Origin: Deltaproteobacteria bacterium
Lineage (GTDB): Bacteria > Desulfobacterota > DSM-4660 > Desulfatiglandales > HGW-15
Length of the DNA: 49,696 nucleotides
NCBI GenBank assembly: GCA_019307745.1
Contig: JAFDJA010000002.1
Coordinates: forward strand, 1-49,696
Direction of reading: 5' to 3'
Shown here: positions 1 to 10,348 of the stretch, one piece after another
How the letters are laid out: each line of letters begins with the position of its first letter
Numbering within the stretch: position 1 is the first letter of the stretch
Program-made: the position numbers and the translations under genes
The notes under the pieces: model-generated
The model's database searches: none
What the model was told of the DNA's origin: nothing
What the model saw: only the letters and a program-made list of their open reading frames with translations

Positions 1-1416
1 AAGGGTTATACCGCGCTCTCCCACCCATGTTTCATACCCGTCAGGCAGGCTGATCACAAAGTCGTGCAAATATGCTGCCTTTGATACCTCTTCAATCGCC
101 ATTGGATCAGCATCGGTAACACCATAGGCAATGTTTTCGCGGATCGTATCAGAAAACAGGAAGATGTCCTGCTGTACTATTCCAATGTTTTTGCGCAGGG
201 AGGCAAGCTTCACATCCCGGATATCTACTCCATCTATGGTAATGCTTCCAGAGGTGACATCATAGAATCTTGGGATAAGATGTGCCAGTGTACTCTTGCC
301 ACTACCCAGGCTTCCCACAAGCGCGATCAGTTCTCCAGGCCGTGCGGTAAAGCTTATATCTTGAAGGACAGGACCTGAAGCATCATAGCTGAAGCTGACA
401 TTATTAACAGAAATTTCGCCGTTTACATCAGACAGATCTATTGCATCAGGTTTTTGTCCTACAACAGGTCTTACATCAAGCACTTCAAAGATCCTTTCAC
501 CTGCTGATATGGCCCTGGGAATACCCTGTGTGAGTCCTCCAAGACGTCTAACTGGCACCACCAACATGCCCATATACATGATGAACTGGGTCAGTTCACC
601 AATAGTAAGGCTTTCATTTATTACCTGGAGCCCTCCGTACCACAAGATAGTCGCGGAAGGGACGGTAATCAGGAATGTCAAAAAGGGCATGTTTAAGGCC
701 CTCATTCGTGCAGCTTTGATCTCATTATCAAAGAGTCGATCAGTCTCCAGTTGAAATTTTTTGTTTTCAGCGTTCTGCTGACAGAATGATTTGACTATCC
801 TTGCGCCTGTCAGGTTTTCCTCAAGGATATTCCCCATAAATCCCAAAATTCTTTGTGCCTTGAGCATGATCGGACGCAGGCGCAGGCTGACAATAACAAC
901 CCTGTAGCCGATTAACGGAATAAATACCAAGCTCATCAATGCCAGTTTCCAGTTCATTATGATCAAAAAACACGAAATGCCAGTGAACAGTATAGCCGTA
1001 TGTAACACGCTAATAACACCCCTGGCGAAAAGTATGCGGACCGCTTCAACATCTGCAGTGGCTCGGGACATGAGTTGGCCAGTTTGGGTATTGTCATGAT
1101 AGGCAAAGCTCAGACGTTGGAGCTGATCATAGATATTGTTTCGGATCGTATAGGAAGCTTTTTGAGAAAATACATCACTGCAGTAAAGGTGACCAAAAAA
1201 ACAGAGTCCACGTAGCACACTGGCGCCAATGATCGTCCCTGCAGATAAAAAAAGGTATCGGACCTCTCCATGGCTGGCAACTGTATCAATGGCCCTTTTG
1301 ATGATCTCAGGTACAAGCATACCAAATATAGTAGATCCTATCATGCACAGGGCTGCTATGCGAAGCCAAATTCGGTATCTTTTCCCCAATGCCAATAATC
1401 TTAATAGAATAGTCAT
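1..1416 (-). CDS. ABC exporter, fused permease/ATP-binding protein (MsbA/MdlA-like), truncated by the left window edge
   Basis: Not in the ORF track. Manual minus-strand translation from ATG at 1416 gives MTILLRLLALGKRY..., transmembrane helices, TGQLMSRATADVE, Walker A GSLGSGKST, Q-loop GIVQQDIFLFSDTIRENI and ...YETWVGERGITL at the edge, just before the signature motif. Confidence 0.9.
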   Translation of the reverse strand, partial: MTILLRLLALGKRYRIWLRIAALCMIGSTIFGMLVPEIIKRAIDTVASHGEVRYLFLSAGTIIGASVLRGLCFFGHLYCSDVFSQKASYTIRNNIYDQLQRLSFAYHDNTQTGQLMSRATADVEAVRILFARGVISVLHTAILFTGISCFLIIMNWKLALMSLVFIPLIGYRVVIVSLRLRPIMLKAQRILGFMGNILEENLTGARIVKSFCQQNAENKKFQLETDRLFDNEIKAARMRALNMPFLTFLITVPSATILWYGGLQVINESLTIGELTQFIMYMGMLVVPVRRLGGLTQGIPRAISAGERIFEVLDVRPVVGQKPDAIDLSDVNGEISVNNVSFSYDASGPVLQDISFTARPGELIALVGSLGSGKSTLAHLIPRFYDVTSGSITIDGVDIRDVKLASLRKNIGIVQQDIFLFSDTIRENIAYGVTDADPMAIEEVSKAAYLHDFVISLPDGYETWVGERGITL

Positions 1417-1772
1417 GCTATAAACCATCTCTGCATTGACCTGACATAACCAGAATCAGGCCGGTTTTTTAATATGGTTCTTCTCCGGGTCAGTTGGGAG
1501 AATAGTGGTCAGCGATTCGAGAATTTATGCTAAAGCCTGATCCTCTAGTGGGGTTCAGATTAGAGTTCAAGTGTCTATTTTCTAATAGTTTGATCTGTAA
1601 AAGTTCAAACTTGACTCAATAGAAATTGTAAAATCCTCATAGAATCTGTCCAATGGTAAGAGGTAATTATTCTGTTCAAACCATTATACCTAATTAACAC
1701 TCCAGACTGTGTTAGGATATAATGCCATACACGGATTATATAACTGACTGGCGTGTCCTCAAAGAGGTGGTC

Positions 1773-1801
1773 ATGTTAAAAGGATGAAACCGGTTTGTCA
1801 A
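1773..1801 (-). promoter_or_regulatory. sigma-70 promoter candidate for the ABC exporter, with a palindrome in the spacer
   Basis: Minus strand reads TTGACA-17 nt-TAACAT; palindrome AAACCGGTTT at 1787-1796. Confidence 0.5.
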
Positions 1802-1960
1802 GGAAGGTCAGGCTAAAGTGAATTATGAATGTAATAAAGATTTTCAACCCAGATTGTACAAGATATGGTTGCTGTGCTGCTATCTGGGCTGAAAGATAGC
1901 GTTATACCAGGCATATACATCATAATATAGTTTTTCCGAAGTATTGTATGTTAATATCCT

Positions 1961-1989
1961 TTGACTCTTAGATTTTATTTAAATATACT
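1961..1989 (+). promoter_or_regulatory. sigma-70 promoter candidate for the sugar ABC operon
   Basis: TTGACT-17 nt-TATACT, about 65 nt upstream of the ATG at 2056. Confidence 0.6.
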
Positions 1990-2055
1990 TGAATGAAATA
2001 ATTAAAGTTTAAAATGCCTAAAGTGCTTTAAAATTAATTTTTTTGGAGACTGATA

Positions 2056-3477
2056 ATGGGAAGGGACAATAAAAAGGTGTCTGTTTATTTGATCCTGGTT
2101 TTTGTGCTTATTACTTTTATTTTCATTATTGCTGGAATTTTTATGGCGAGAAAAACATCCCCTGATAAGTTTACGACAGGCCAGGAGATAGCCTCAACCA
2201 TTATTGAATTCTGGACTATAGAGACACAGTCTGACCGTATGAACACCATCCGACTCCTTGCTGATACCTTCAACGCTCTTAATAAGGGGATTACAATCAA
2301 GCCCGTACCAGTGGACGAAAATATCATGTCTTCCCAGATGGCCGCGGCTTCGGCTGCCGGGAATCTTCCCGGAATCATAGAGGGGAGTTCTGAACTGATG
2401 CTTGCCTTTGGTGAAGAAGGCATCCTTGACACAAGGTCGGCCACGTACATAGTCGGCAGGATAGGAAAGGATAGATTTTTTCAGGGGGCTTTAAAGATGG
2501 TGGAAAGTCCTGAGCCGGGAATTTATTACGGTCTTCCATTTCATGGCTGGGTACAGGGGATCTGGTATAGGGCGGATTGGTTTAAGCAGGCTGGACTTGA
2601 TCCGCCTGACACATGGGAAAATATCATTAAGGCCGCAGGGAGATTCCACAATCCCGAAGAGAATCAATATGGGCTCCTGATTGGGACCAAACCTGAGAAC
2701 TATGCTGAACAGTGTTTCACGCACCTTGCCTTGTCAAACGGGGCAGCAGAATTTAACTCAGCGGGAAGGCTTATCTTTAACTCAGATAGGATGCTGGAAA
2801 CCCTGGAGTTTTATGCCAGACTTGCACAGTACAATCCTCCGGGCCCACAGACATGGCGGAGCAGGGATTACTACCTGCAAGGAAAGATGGCCATGTTTTT
2901 TTATTCTACCTATATTATGGATGACCTGACCCTTGCAGAAGTGGCAGCGGATTCACTCACAGACACGAATTTCCCGGAACTCAAGGCAGGGGTGTTTGAT
3001 CCTGATCTGGTGAATAATACCAGAGTGGCTGCCATCATTTCTAATATAAAACCTGCAGGTTATGGATCAATAGTCGCACTGGGACTGATAAGACAGGAGG
3101 ATAAGGCAGGAGGTGAGGCTGCTAGAAAATTTGTGGAATTTCTGTATCAACATGACAGTTACATAACATTCCTCCACATGGCACCCGGTGGAATGAATCC
3201 CATGCTCAGAGACATCGCTGCTACTCCTGAATATCTGAACGATCCAAAGGGAATCTTCAGGCGTTTTGGCAGGGACAAGGTACAGGAGGTTATGTCCGGA
3301 ATAGACAGCATAGGATCATTTACAACGGTTCAAGGCAGAACATTTTCAGAATCTGGAAAGATATTTGCCAAACAGATCATTCCTAGGATGATCTATTCAG
3401 TAACTATTGAGGGCAAAGACCCTGAAGAGGCGATTTCATGGGCAGAAGAGCAGATGCGACAGGTGATCGGACAGTAG
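2056..3477 (+). CDS. Sugar ABC transporter substrate-binding protein (CUT1, YcjN-like)
   Basis: N-terminal membrane anchor; GIWYRADWFKQAGLDPPDTWE motif of family 1 solute-binding proteins; GGAG RBS. Confidence 0.85.
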   Translation: MGRDNKKVSVYLILVFVLITFIFIIAGIFMARKTSPDKFTTGQEIASTIIEFWTIETQSDRMNTIRLLADTFNALNKGITIKPVPVDENIMSSQMAAASAAGNLPGIIEGSSELMLAFGEEGILDTRSATYIVGRIGKDRFFQGALKMVESPEPGIYYGLPFHGWVQGIWYRADWFKQAGLDPPDTWENIIKAAGRFHNPEENQYGLLIGTKPENYAEQCFTHLALSNGAAEFNSAGRLIFNSDRMLETLEFYARLAQYNPPGPQTWRSRDYYLQGKMAMFFYSTYIMDDLTLAEVAADSLTDTNFPELKAGVFDPDLVNNTRVAAIISNIKPAGYGSIVALGLIRQEDKAGGEAARKFVEFLYQHDSYITFLHMAPGGMNPMLRDIAATPEYLNDPKGIFRRFGRDKVQEVMSGIDSIGSFTTVQGRTFSESGKIFAKQIIPRMIYSVTIEGKDPEEAISWAEEQMRQVIGQ

Positions 3478-3624
3478 GCTGCCCTGAAACCATGGGGTGG
3501 CATAATTCCATTGTCTTCCAGGGTCATTATCTTTTACCTCCTGGCCCTGTCAGGACGAATTAGTGTATTTCATGTGCCGAAGCAGACTGAGATCTAATTT
3601 TCATTTATTGGTGGAAACTGAATA

Positions 3625-4491
3625 ATGTCTATCTCAATCGCCCGACAGGAGTCTAGGCTGGGATGGAAACTGGTTGCTCCCTGTATAGGTGTTATTGGCC
3701 TGCTCATAATATATCCCCTGGCGTACAATATCTATTTGAGTTTTTTTGACGTAAGGCTGGCAGGGGACAATGTTTTTATTGGTCTTTCCAATTATGAAAG
3801 GCTCCTAAAGGATTCGGGATTTTACAGGTCATTACTTACTTCAGCAGTCTATCTTTCTGGAACGGTCTTGGGCTCAACCCTGATGGGCCTTTTTGTGGCG
3901 CTGCTTATGAATCAGCAGTTTCCATTCAGAAATACTGCAAGGGCCATTATTCTGCTCCCATACTTCGCTCCGGTAATATCTGTGGTGTTCGGATGGCAGT
4001 TTATCTTTGACCCGGTGAATGGTATATACAACCATTTTGTGGTAGACATCCTCAACATAACTGATGTGCGCCGAAACCTCATAGGCGACCCGGGCACCGC
4101 CATTGTTGTAGTTATTCTCTTTGATATCTGGAAGCATTTTCCCATATCCTATCTCCTTATACTATCCAAGCTGCAATCAATAAACAGAGAACAGTATGAG
4201 GCTGCATCCATTGACGGATGCGGTCCTGTTTCCAGGTTTTTTCATGTCACGCTACCGGAGCTGTATTTTGTGCTGGGCACGCTTGTGATACTGAGACTGA
4301 TCTGGAATCTGAACAAATTTGAAGAGGTATTCCTGCTTGCTCCAAATGTAAAGACCCTGCCTGTCTTTACATATTATTCAGCCTTTACAGGGATCATTGA
4401 CCAGGGATTTGCCGCCTCAGTCTCTGTTGTACAACTTATTATCCTCTCTTTCCTCATCTTTTTTTATGTTAAAAAGGTTTTAAGGTGGTGA
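3625..4491 (+). CDS. Carbohydrate ABC permease (YcjO/MalF-like)
   Basis: Multiple TM segments; EAA loop YEAASIDGC...RFFHVTLP. Confidence 0.9.
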   Translation: MSISIARQESRLGWKLVAPCIGVIGLLIIYPLAYNIYLSFFDVRLAGDNVFIGLSNYERLLKDSGFYRSLLTSAVYLSGTVLGSTLMGLFVALLMNQQFPFRNTARAIILLPYFAPVISVVFGWQFIFDPVNGIYNHFVVDILNITDVRRNLIGDPGTAIVVVILFDIWKHFPISYLLILSKLQSINREQYEAASIDGCGPVSRFFHVTLPELYFVLGTLVILRLIWNLNKFEEVFLLAPNVKTLPVFTYYSAFTGIIDQGFAASVSVVQLIILSFLIFFYVKKVLRW

Positions 4492-4497
4492 CAGACG

Positions 4498-5454
4498 ATG
4501 ATCAATAAGAGGGGTTTTTTCCAGAATATAGTTCTTGCACTGACCCTTGGCATGGTTCTGCTTTTCTGCGTGTTCCCATTTATCCAGATATTGTCCACCT
4601 CCCTGAAATACCAGCCGGACTGGGGGAATCCTTCGCTGGTTCCCCAGAAGATCAATCTTGAGGCATATAAAGATATTCTGGGGCTTATGGATAGAAAGGT
4701 TCAGATCCCTGACCAGATAGGTAGGCTGCTGGACAATTCCATGCTCACTGAGGGGCAGAAGCAAGAGATTCTTGCCAAATATTCTGATACAAATCCGTTT
4801 CCTTTCCTAAGGTATATGTTAAATTCTTTTCTGCTGTCCATATCCGCCGCTACTATATCGCTCCTGCTTTCTGTCTTTGGCGCCTATGCGTTGAGCCGAC
4901 TGAGATTCATGGGCCGGAATATGGTTCAGAGAAGCGTCCTTTTTGTATATATGATCGGAGGTGTCCTGCTCATGGTGCCACTCTATCAGATGAGCGTGAG
5001 GTTGGGCCTGGCAAAGAGTGTATGGGGCTCCATGGTCAGTCTCCTCCTTATTTATATTGTCCAGACCCTGCCTGTTTCCCTGTATATGCTCGGTAATTAT
5101 TTCAGGACAATCCCCTATTCTTTTGAAGAGGCGGCTATGGCAGATGGGTGCTCAAGGATCCAGTCGATCTTTTATATTGTCCTGCCTTTGTCAGTGCCCA
5201 TGCTGGTTACAGTCTTTGTGTACTGTTTTGTAATTGCATGGAATGAGTTCCTGTTTGCATCAGTCTTTTTGAGGCAATATCATGATTTTCACACGTTGCC
5301 TCTGGCACTACAGTCCTTGTTTGTCTCAAAAAACGCTATCTGGGACAGGATTATGTCCGCATCAATGCTGACACTGACACCAGTGATCCTTTGCTTTATG
5401 TTTGCCTTGAGAAATCTCACAGGGGGGTTTACTGAAGGAGGGGTGAAGGAGTAG
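4498..5454 (+). CDS. Carbohydrate ABC permease (YcjP/MalG-like)
   Basis: EEAAMADGCSR, AWNEFLFA and C-terminal GFTEGGVKE. Confidence 0.9.
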   Translation: MINKRGFFQNIVLALTLGMVLLFCVFPFIQILSTSLKYQPDWGNPSLVPQKINLEAYKDILGLMDRKVQIPDQIGRLLDNSMLTEGQKQEILAKYSDTNPFPFLRYMLNSFLLSISAATISLLLSVFGAYALSRLRFMGRNMVQRSVLFVYMIGGVLLMVPLYQMSVRLGLAKSVWGSMVSLLLIYIVQTLPVSLYMLGNYFRTIPYSFEEAAMADGCSRIQSIFYIVLPLSVPMLVTVFVYCFVIAWNEFLFASVFLRQYHDFHTLPLALQSLFVSKNAIWDRIMSASMLTLTPVILCFMFALRNLTGGFTEGGVKE

Positions 5455-5524
5455 AGGTAAGAAGTTTGAGATCATAGCACTAGTATGAAATAATATAGGA
5501 GTGGAAAACTACTGGCAGGAAAAA

Positions 5525-6625
5525 ATGGCGAATATAAGGTTAAAAAATATCTACAAGAGTTTTGATGGGCTGGAGGTCCTCCACAACCTGGATCTCAAGG
5601 TTGTGGACGGGGAGTTCGTTGTGCTTGTGGGTCCTTCAGGGTGCGGCAAATCCACCACCCTGAGACTGATTGCAGGACTTGAGGAGGTGACTTCCGGAGA
5701 AATTCAAATCAATGATAGGGCAGTGAATGACCTTGAACCGAGGTATAGGAATATAGCCATGGTATTTCAAAACTATGCACTCTATCCTCATAAAAACGTG
5801 AGAGAGAACATTGTTTTTGGACTTCAAAGGGCTGGCGCATCAAGAGAGCTTATTGCGGAGCGCCTGGGAAAAGCTTCAAAGATCCTTGGGCTGGAGGAGC
5901 TGCTGGATCGAAGGCCTTCTCAGCTTTCAGGAGGCCAGAGACAGCGTGTTGCCATGGGCAGGGCCATTGTTCGGGACGCTGATGTCTTTCTCTTTGATGA
6001 GCCCTTGAGTAACCTGGATGCGAAACTCAGGTATCAGATGCGTTCTGAAATAATCCGCATTCATCGAGAGTACAGGACTACGAGTATATATGTGACTCAT
6101 GATCAGACAGAGGCAATGACTCTGGGAGAAAGAGTAGTTGTCATGAGAGATGGTATTATTGAGCAGCAGGGAAACCCTATGGAAATATATCTGAAACCTG
6201 CCAATATTTTTGTGGCAACCTTTATTGGCTCTCCATCAATGAATATCCTTGACGCACGGCTCTTTCCCGGATGGGTTGAAGTGGGTGAGCAAAGGCTGCC
6301 GTTGAAGAGGAAAGTTGATCAAGGCCATATTCTGATACCTGAACATGGCAGGGATATCAAATTTGGTATCAGACCTGACTTTTTTCTTGATGCTCGTTTT
6401 TCAAAGAGCAGGGTAGACCTGGCAAGGATTGAAAATGTCAGAATAGACCTGGTTGAATCCCTTGGTTTTGACCGTGAGTTTAGTATTCATGCAGGGGGAC
6501 AGGCCATGAAGGCCAGGCTTGATCTCAGGACTATGGCTGGAGAAGGAGAGACAATAGACCTGTGTGTTGATATGGATATGACACATTTTTTTGATCCGGA
6601 TACAGGCAGGAATCTATTTGTCTGA
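5525..6625 (+). CDS. Sugar ABC ATP-binding protein (MalK/UgpC family)
   Basis: GPSGCGKST, VFQNYALYPH, LSGGQRQRVAMGR, DEPLSNLDAKLR. Alternative GTG start at 5501. Confidence 0.93.
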   Translation: MANIRLKNIYKSFDGLEVLHNLDLKVVDGEFVVLVGPSGCGKSTTLRLIAGLEEVTSGEIQINDRAVNDLEPRYRNIAMVFQNYALYPHKNVRENIVFGLQRAGASRELIAERLGKASKILGLEELLDRRPSQLSGGQRQRVAMGRAIVRDADVFLFDEPLSNLDAKLRYQMRSEIIRIHREYRTTSIYVTHDQTEAMTLGERVVVMRDGIIEQQGNPMEIYLKPANIFVATFIGSPSMNILDARLFPGWVEVGEQRLPLKRKVDQGHILIPEHGRDIKFGIRPDFFLDARFSKSRVDLARIENVRIDLVESLGFDREFSIHAGGQAMKARLDLRTMAGEGETIDLCVDMDMTHFFDPDTGRNLFV

Positions 6626-7030
6626 GACTCTCCCGTTTACATGAACACATCTCTCACATCCACCCCCTTCTAAGCATCCGGGCCATTTTTATAGACAGTC
6701 AGGTTTTTTCTTTACAGTATTTGGTCTGAAATGTTCGGCAGTCTCCGAGAGCATCAGATCCATCCTGTTCAAACATACGGTATATTTGCATTTCAAATGA
6801 AAAAATTCAATGCTTTAGTATAATTATATGAATCTTCCAGGAAAATGGGAGGGGTTTCCCTAGTACCTGTTGATTGTCCTCGATTTAATACTAAAATAGC
6901 TTGGCGAAAACTCGCTTTCCGTTTGTTTGTTCTCTCATATTCATAGACAAAACCTGTGGAACAGGGAGATACCCCCTTAAAAAACCTTACGGTATCCTTG
7001 TTGGGCCACCTTTATCCTATTGGAAGTAGC

Positions 7031-7058
7031 TTGACATGCTTTTATAAAAATGTATAAT
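7031..7058 (+). promoter_or_regulatory. sigma-70 promoter of the oxidoreductase/Hdr cluster
   Basis: Perfect TTGACA and TATAAT hexamers with a 16-nt spacer, about 60 nt before the ATG at 7117. Confidence 0.65.
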
Positions 7059-7116
7059 TGTGGCGAATATCAAGACAGGTAATTGGAATTATAATCATTT
7101 TTTTTAGGAAAGGCAT

Positions 7117-7374
7117 ATGGTTTACTGGCGTACCCCATTGGACGCGCAAGATATCCAGATCACTAAGGGGTCTGTACATATAATAGAAGATCGCTGCAAA
7201 GGTTGCGGATACTGCATTGAATACTGTCCCAAGGATGTATTGGAATTCTCTGCCGAGTTCAATCAGAAAGGTTATCACCCGCCTTCTGTGAAAATGGCTG
7301 ATGACTGTGTTAACTGTCATTATTGTGAGATCATCTGTCCTGAATTTGCCATCTATTCAAAGGAGGTCCTCTGA
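7117..7374 (+). CDS. korD: 2x[4Fe-4S] ferredoxin-like delta subunit of 2-oxoacid:ferredoxin oxidoreductase
   Basis: CKGCGYCIEYCP and CVNCHYCEIICP; first gene of the operon. Confidence 0.85.
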   Translation: MVYWRTPLDAQDIQITKGSVHIIEDRCKGCGYCIEYCPKDVLEFSAEFNQKGYHPPSVKMADDCVNCHYCEIICPEFAIYSKEVL

Positions 7375-7594
7375 ATCAGACTGTTTTAACAGCCGCTTTC
7401 AGACAGAATCGTCCACTTAATGGTCAGCAGTGTTATTTATCCAGCTGATCTGATCCCGTTATATCCTGTCCCTGGTACTCCACTCGTCCTTACTTTGTGG
7501 CAATTTACGGGTTAGACATTCCTGTATTTATTTATTCAGGGGATAAAGGGCCAGTACATTTAATATCATATTTTAACATGGAGAGAAGGCTACA

Positions 7595-8740
7595 ATGAGA
7601 CCAGCCGTTTTAACTGGTGAACATTTTATAACAGGAGATGCTGCCTGCGCAGAAGGCGCGTTAGCTGCCGGTTGCATGTTTTTTGGAGGGTATCCTATTA
7701 CTCCTGCTACTGAGATAGCGGAGCATATATCTGTCCATCTTCCTGAAATTGGCGGGACATATATACAGATGGAGGACGAAATAGCTGCTATAGCCTCTGT
7801 ATTAGGCGCATCCTGTGCCGGACTTAAAAGTATGACCGCCACATCAGGCCCGGGCTTCAGTTTGATGATGGAAAATATCGGTCTTGCAGTCTGCACAGAA
7901 ACTCCCTGTGTAATAGTAAATGTGCAGAGGACAGGTCCCTCCACAGGTCTTCCAACACTGGGTGCCCAGGGAGATATGATGCAGGCAAAATGGGGATCCC
8001 ACGGGGACTATGAAATTATTGCCCTGGCACCATCATCACCCCAGGAGATTTTTTATCAGACCATCACGGCCTTTAACCTGAGTGAGACCTATCGCGTCCC
8101 CGTAATCATCATGACAGATGAGATGGTGGGACATCTGAGTGAAAAGGTTATAATACCAAATGCAAGAGAGATCAAAACCCTGTCAAGGACAATGGCAAAA
8201 GGCAGAAAGGACAGGTTCAAGCCTTTTGCCCCCGGACCGAATGGCGTTCCTCCCATGGCGGTTGCCGGAGGTGGTTATAATATCCATGTTACGGGTTTAA
8301 CTCATGATGAACAGGGCTATCCTGATATGTCAGTTGAGTGTCACAGGCAAATGATGGAACGGCTTATAAATAAAATCAGGCTGAACCAGGATGACATCAT
8401 TCAGACCGAAGGGTATCGGCTTGAGGACGCGGATATTGTAATAGTCTCATATGGTGTATCGTCAAGGACAAGTCTAGCTGCTGTTGATGAGGCACGCGCC
8501 CAGGGTATAAAGGCAGGGCTTCTGAGGTTGATCACTGTCTGGCCTTTTCCGGAAAAACTGATAAAGCAACTTTCTGCAAGAATAAAGGGTTTCGTAACCG
8601 TTGAAATTAATCTGGGACAGATTCACCTGGAAGTAGAGAGATGCTCCGGCGGCAAGGTTCCTGCCTTTCTGGTCGGGCATCCGGGCGGGACAATAATAAC
8701 CCCGGACGAAGTGGTAGAGACTTTGAAGCAGGCTTTTTAA
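7595..8740 (+). CDS. korA: 2-oxoacid:ferredoxin oxidoreductase alpha subunit (2-oxoglutarate type)
   Basis: GYPITPATE, QMEDEIA, TATSGPGFSLM, VQRTGPSTGLPT. Confidence 0.9.
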   Translation: MRPAVLTGEHFITGDAACAEGALAAGCMFFGGYPITPATEIAEHISVHLPEIGGTYIQMEDEIAAIASVLGASCAGLKSMTATSGPGFSLMMENIGLAVCTETPCVIVNVQRTGPSTGLPTLGAQGDMMQAKWGSHGDYEIIALAPSSPQEIFYQTITAFNLSETYRVPVIIMTDEMVGHLSEKVIIPNAREIKTLSRTMAKGRKDRFKPFAPGPNGVPPMAVAGGGYNIHVTGLTHDEQGYPDMSVECHRQMMERLINKIRLNQDDIIQTEGYRLEDADIVIVSYGVSSRTSLAAVDEARAQGIKAGLLRLITVWPFPEKLIKQLSARIKGFVTVEINLGQIHLEVERCSGGKVPAFLVGHPGGTIITPDEVVETLKQAF

Positions 8741-8757
8741 TTATAGATGGAGTAGAT

Positions 8758-9609
8758 ATGAATCAGCCAGGAAAACATATTAATCATCCCCTTGACAGCC
8801 TTCTGAGAACAGACCGGATTCCCCATATCTGGTGTCCAGGCTGCGGTGTGGGCACGGCCTTTGCTTCATGTCTAACGGCCATAAAGGTCAGCAGTATAGA
8901 TCTGCAAAAGACCGTTATGGTCTCTGGAATTGGCTGCTCAGGCCGTGGCGCAGGATATGCGAATGTCGACTCCTACCATACTACCCATGGCAGGGCAATA
9001 CCATTTGCGACAGGTATGAAGATGGCAAACCCTGAACTTAATATGATTGTATTCAGCGGTGACGGAGACCTTTTTGCCATTGGTGGAAATCACTTCATAC
9101 ATGCGGCCCGCAGGAATGTGGACATGACAGTTATCTGTATGAACAATTTCAACTACGGCATGACAGGGGGTCAGGCAGCGGCCACAACACCCTATGGGGC
9201 AAAGACAACAACATCAACAATAGGAAACCCGGAGACACCTTTCAATCTGCCACTTCTCGCTTATGCGTCAGGTGCCACCTATGTTGCCAGGTGGACTATA
9301 CTCCATACACGCGACCTGATTGACTGCCTTGAAACGGCCATACTTAAAAAAGGATTCTCATTTATTGAGGTGCTGGGTCCCTGCCCTACGAACTATGGTA
9401 GGAGAAACAAAGAGGGGACATTTGACACCCTTAAGATGTATCAGAATAACACTATAATCAAAAATGACGCTGATCCTTCTGAACTTGATATCGATTTTAA
9501 CAGGGGCGTAATCCTTGGTAAATTTGTAGATATAGACAAACCTGTATGTCTGGATCGATATAACAAAATTTACAGACCCCAGGAAATCAGTGAGGATGGA
9601 GCAGATTGA
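8758..9609 (+). CDS. korB: 2-oxoacid:ferredoxin oxidoreductase beta subunit (TPP-binding)
   Basis: WCPGCG, SGIGCSGR, HTTHGRA, GDGD...NN TPP motif, YGMTGGQ. Start reassigned to the ATG at 8758, after a GGAG RBS. Confidence 0.9.
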   Translation: MNQPGKHINHPLDSLLRTDRIPHIWCPGCGVGTAFASCLTAIKVSSIDLQKTVMVSGIGCSGRGAGYANVDSYHTTHGRAIPFATGMKMANPELNMIVFSGDGDLFAIGGNHFIHAARRNVDMTVICMNNFNYGMTGGQAAATTPYGAKTTTSTIGNPETPFNLPLLAYASGATYVARWTILHTRDLIDCLETAILKKGFSFIEVLGPCPTNYGRRNKEGTFDTLKMYQNNTIIKNDADPSELDIDFNRGVILGKFVDIDKPVCLDRYNKIYRPQEISEDGAD

Positions 9610-9745
9610 ACATGTAATTAAACAGAGGCAGACACAGATTTAATCCTGCCCAAATTTTGTCAGGATGGCAGGGGAAATATACTGTGAACCGGGTACTACT
9701 GCTAGGACCTCATAATAGTTTAAACCAGAAAATTGGAATCATAAT

Positions 9746-10348
9746 ATGGCTCAAACAGACACAGAGAGTATAAAAAAGGAAATTATATTAACCGGATTCG
9801 GCGGTCAGGGGATCGTGCTTTCCGGCAAGGTAACTGCACAAGCTGCCTCCCTTGGTGATAATAAGCAGAGCACGCTTGTCCAGTCCTACGGTCCAGAGGC
9901 CCGCGGAGGGGCGTGCAGCACATCCGTTGTTATATCTGACGATCCCATACACTATCCATATGTAAGAGAGCCGGATATCCTGGTCTGTATGTCACAATCA
10001 GGTTTTGATAAGTATTTTTGTCGGCTGAAAGAGGGAGGGACACTGCTCATTGATCAGGACCTGGTCTCATTCAGAGATGAAAACCTGAACATGTTTGCCA
10101 TCCCCAGTACCCGCATGGCTGAAGAGCTGGGGAGAAAGATGATGGCGAATATCATCATGGTAGGTTTTCTTACAGCCATAACAGGTGTGGTCTCTGTAGA
10201 GGCTGCTCGAAAAACAGTGCTCGCATCAGTACCTAAAGGGACTGAGGAGATGAATATGACGGCCTTTAATAAAGGGTATGATTATGGTCTTGCCATCCTC
10301 AAGGCACGGCAGAAAAAGGCTGAAGGAAAGGCAGGATCCTTGAAATGA
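9746..10348 (+). CDS. korC: 2-oxoacid:ferredoxin oxidoreductase gamma subunit
   Basis: GFGGQG and QSYGPEARGG; its stop overlaps the next start (ATGA). Confidence 0.88.
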   Translation: MAQTDTESIKKEIILTGFGGQGIVLSGKVTAQAASLGDNKQSTLVQSYGPEARGGACSTSVVISDDPIHYPYVREPDILVCMSQSGFDKYFCRLKEGGTLLIDQDLVSFRDENLNMFAIPSTRMAEELGRKMMANIIMVGFLTAITGVVSVEAARKTVLASVPKGTEEMNMTAFNKGYDYGLAILKARQKKAEGKAGSLK

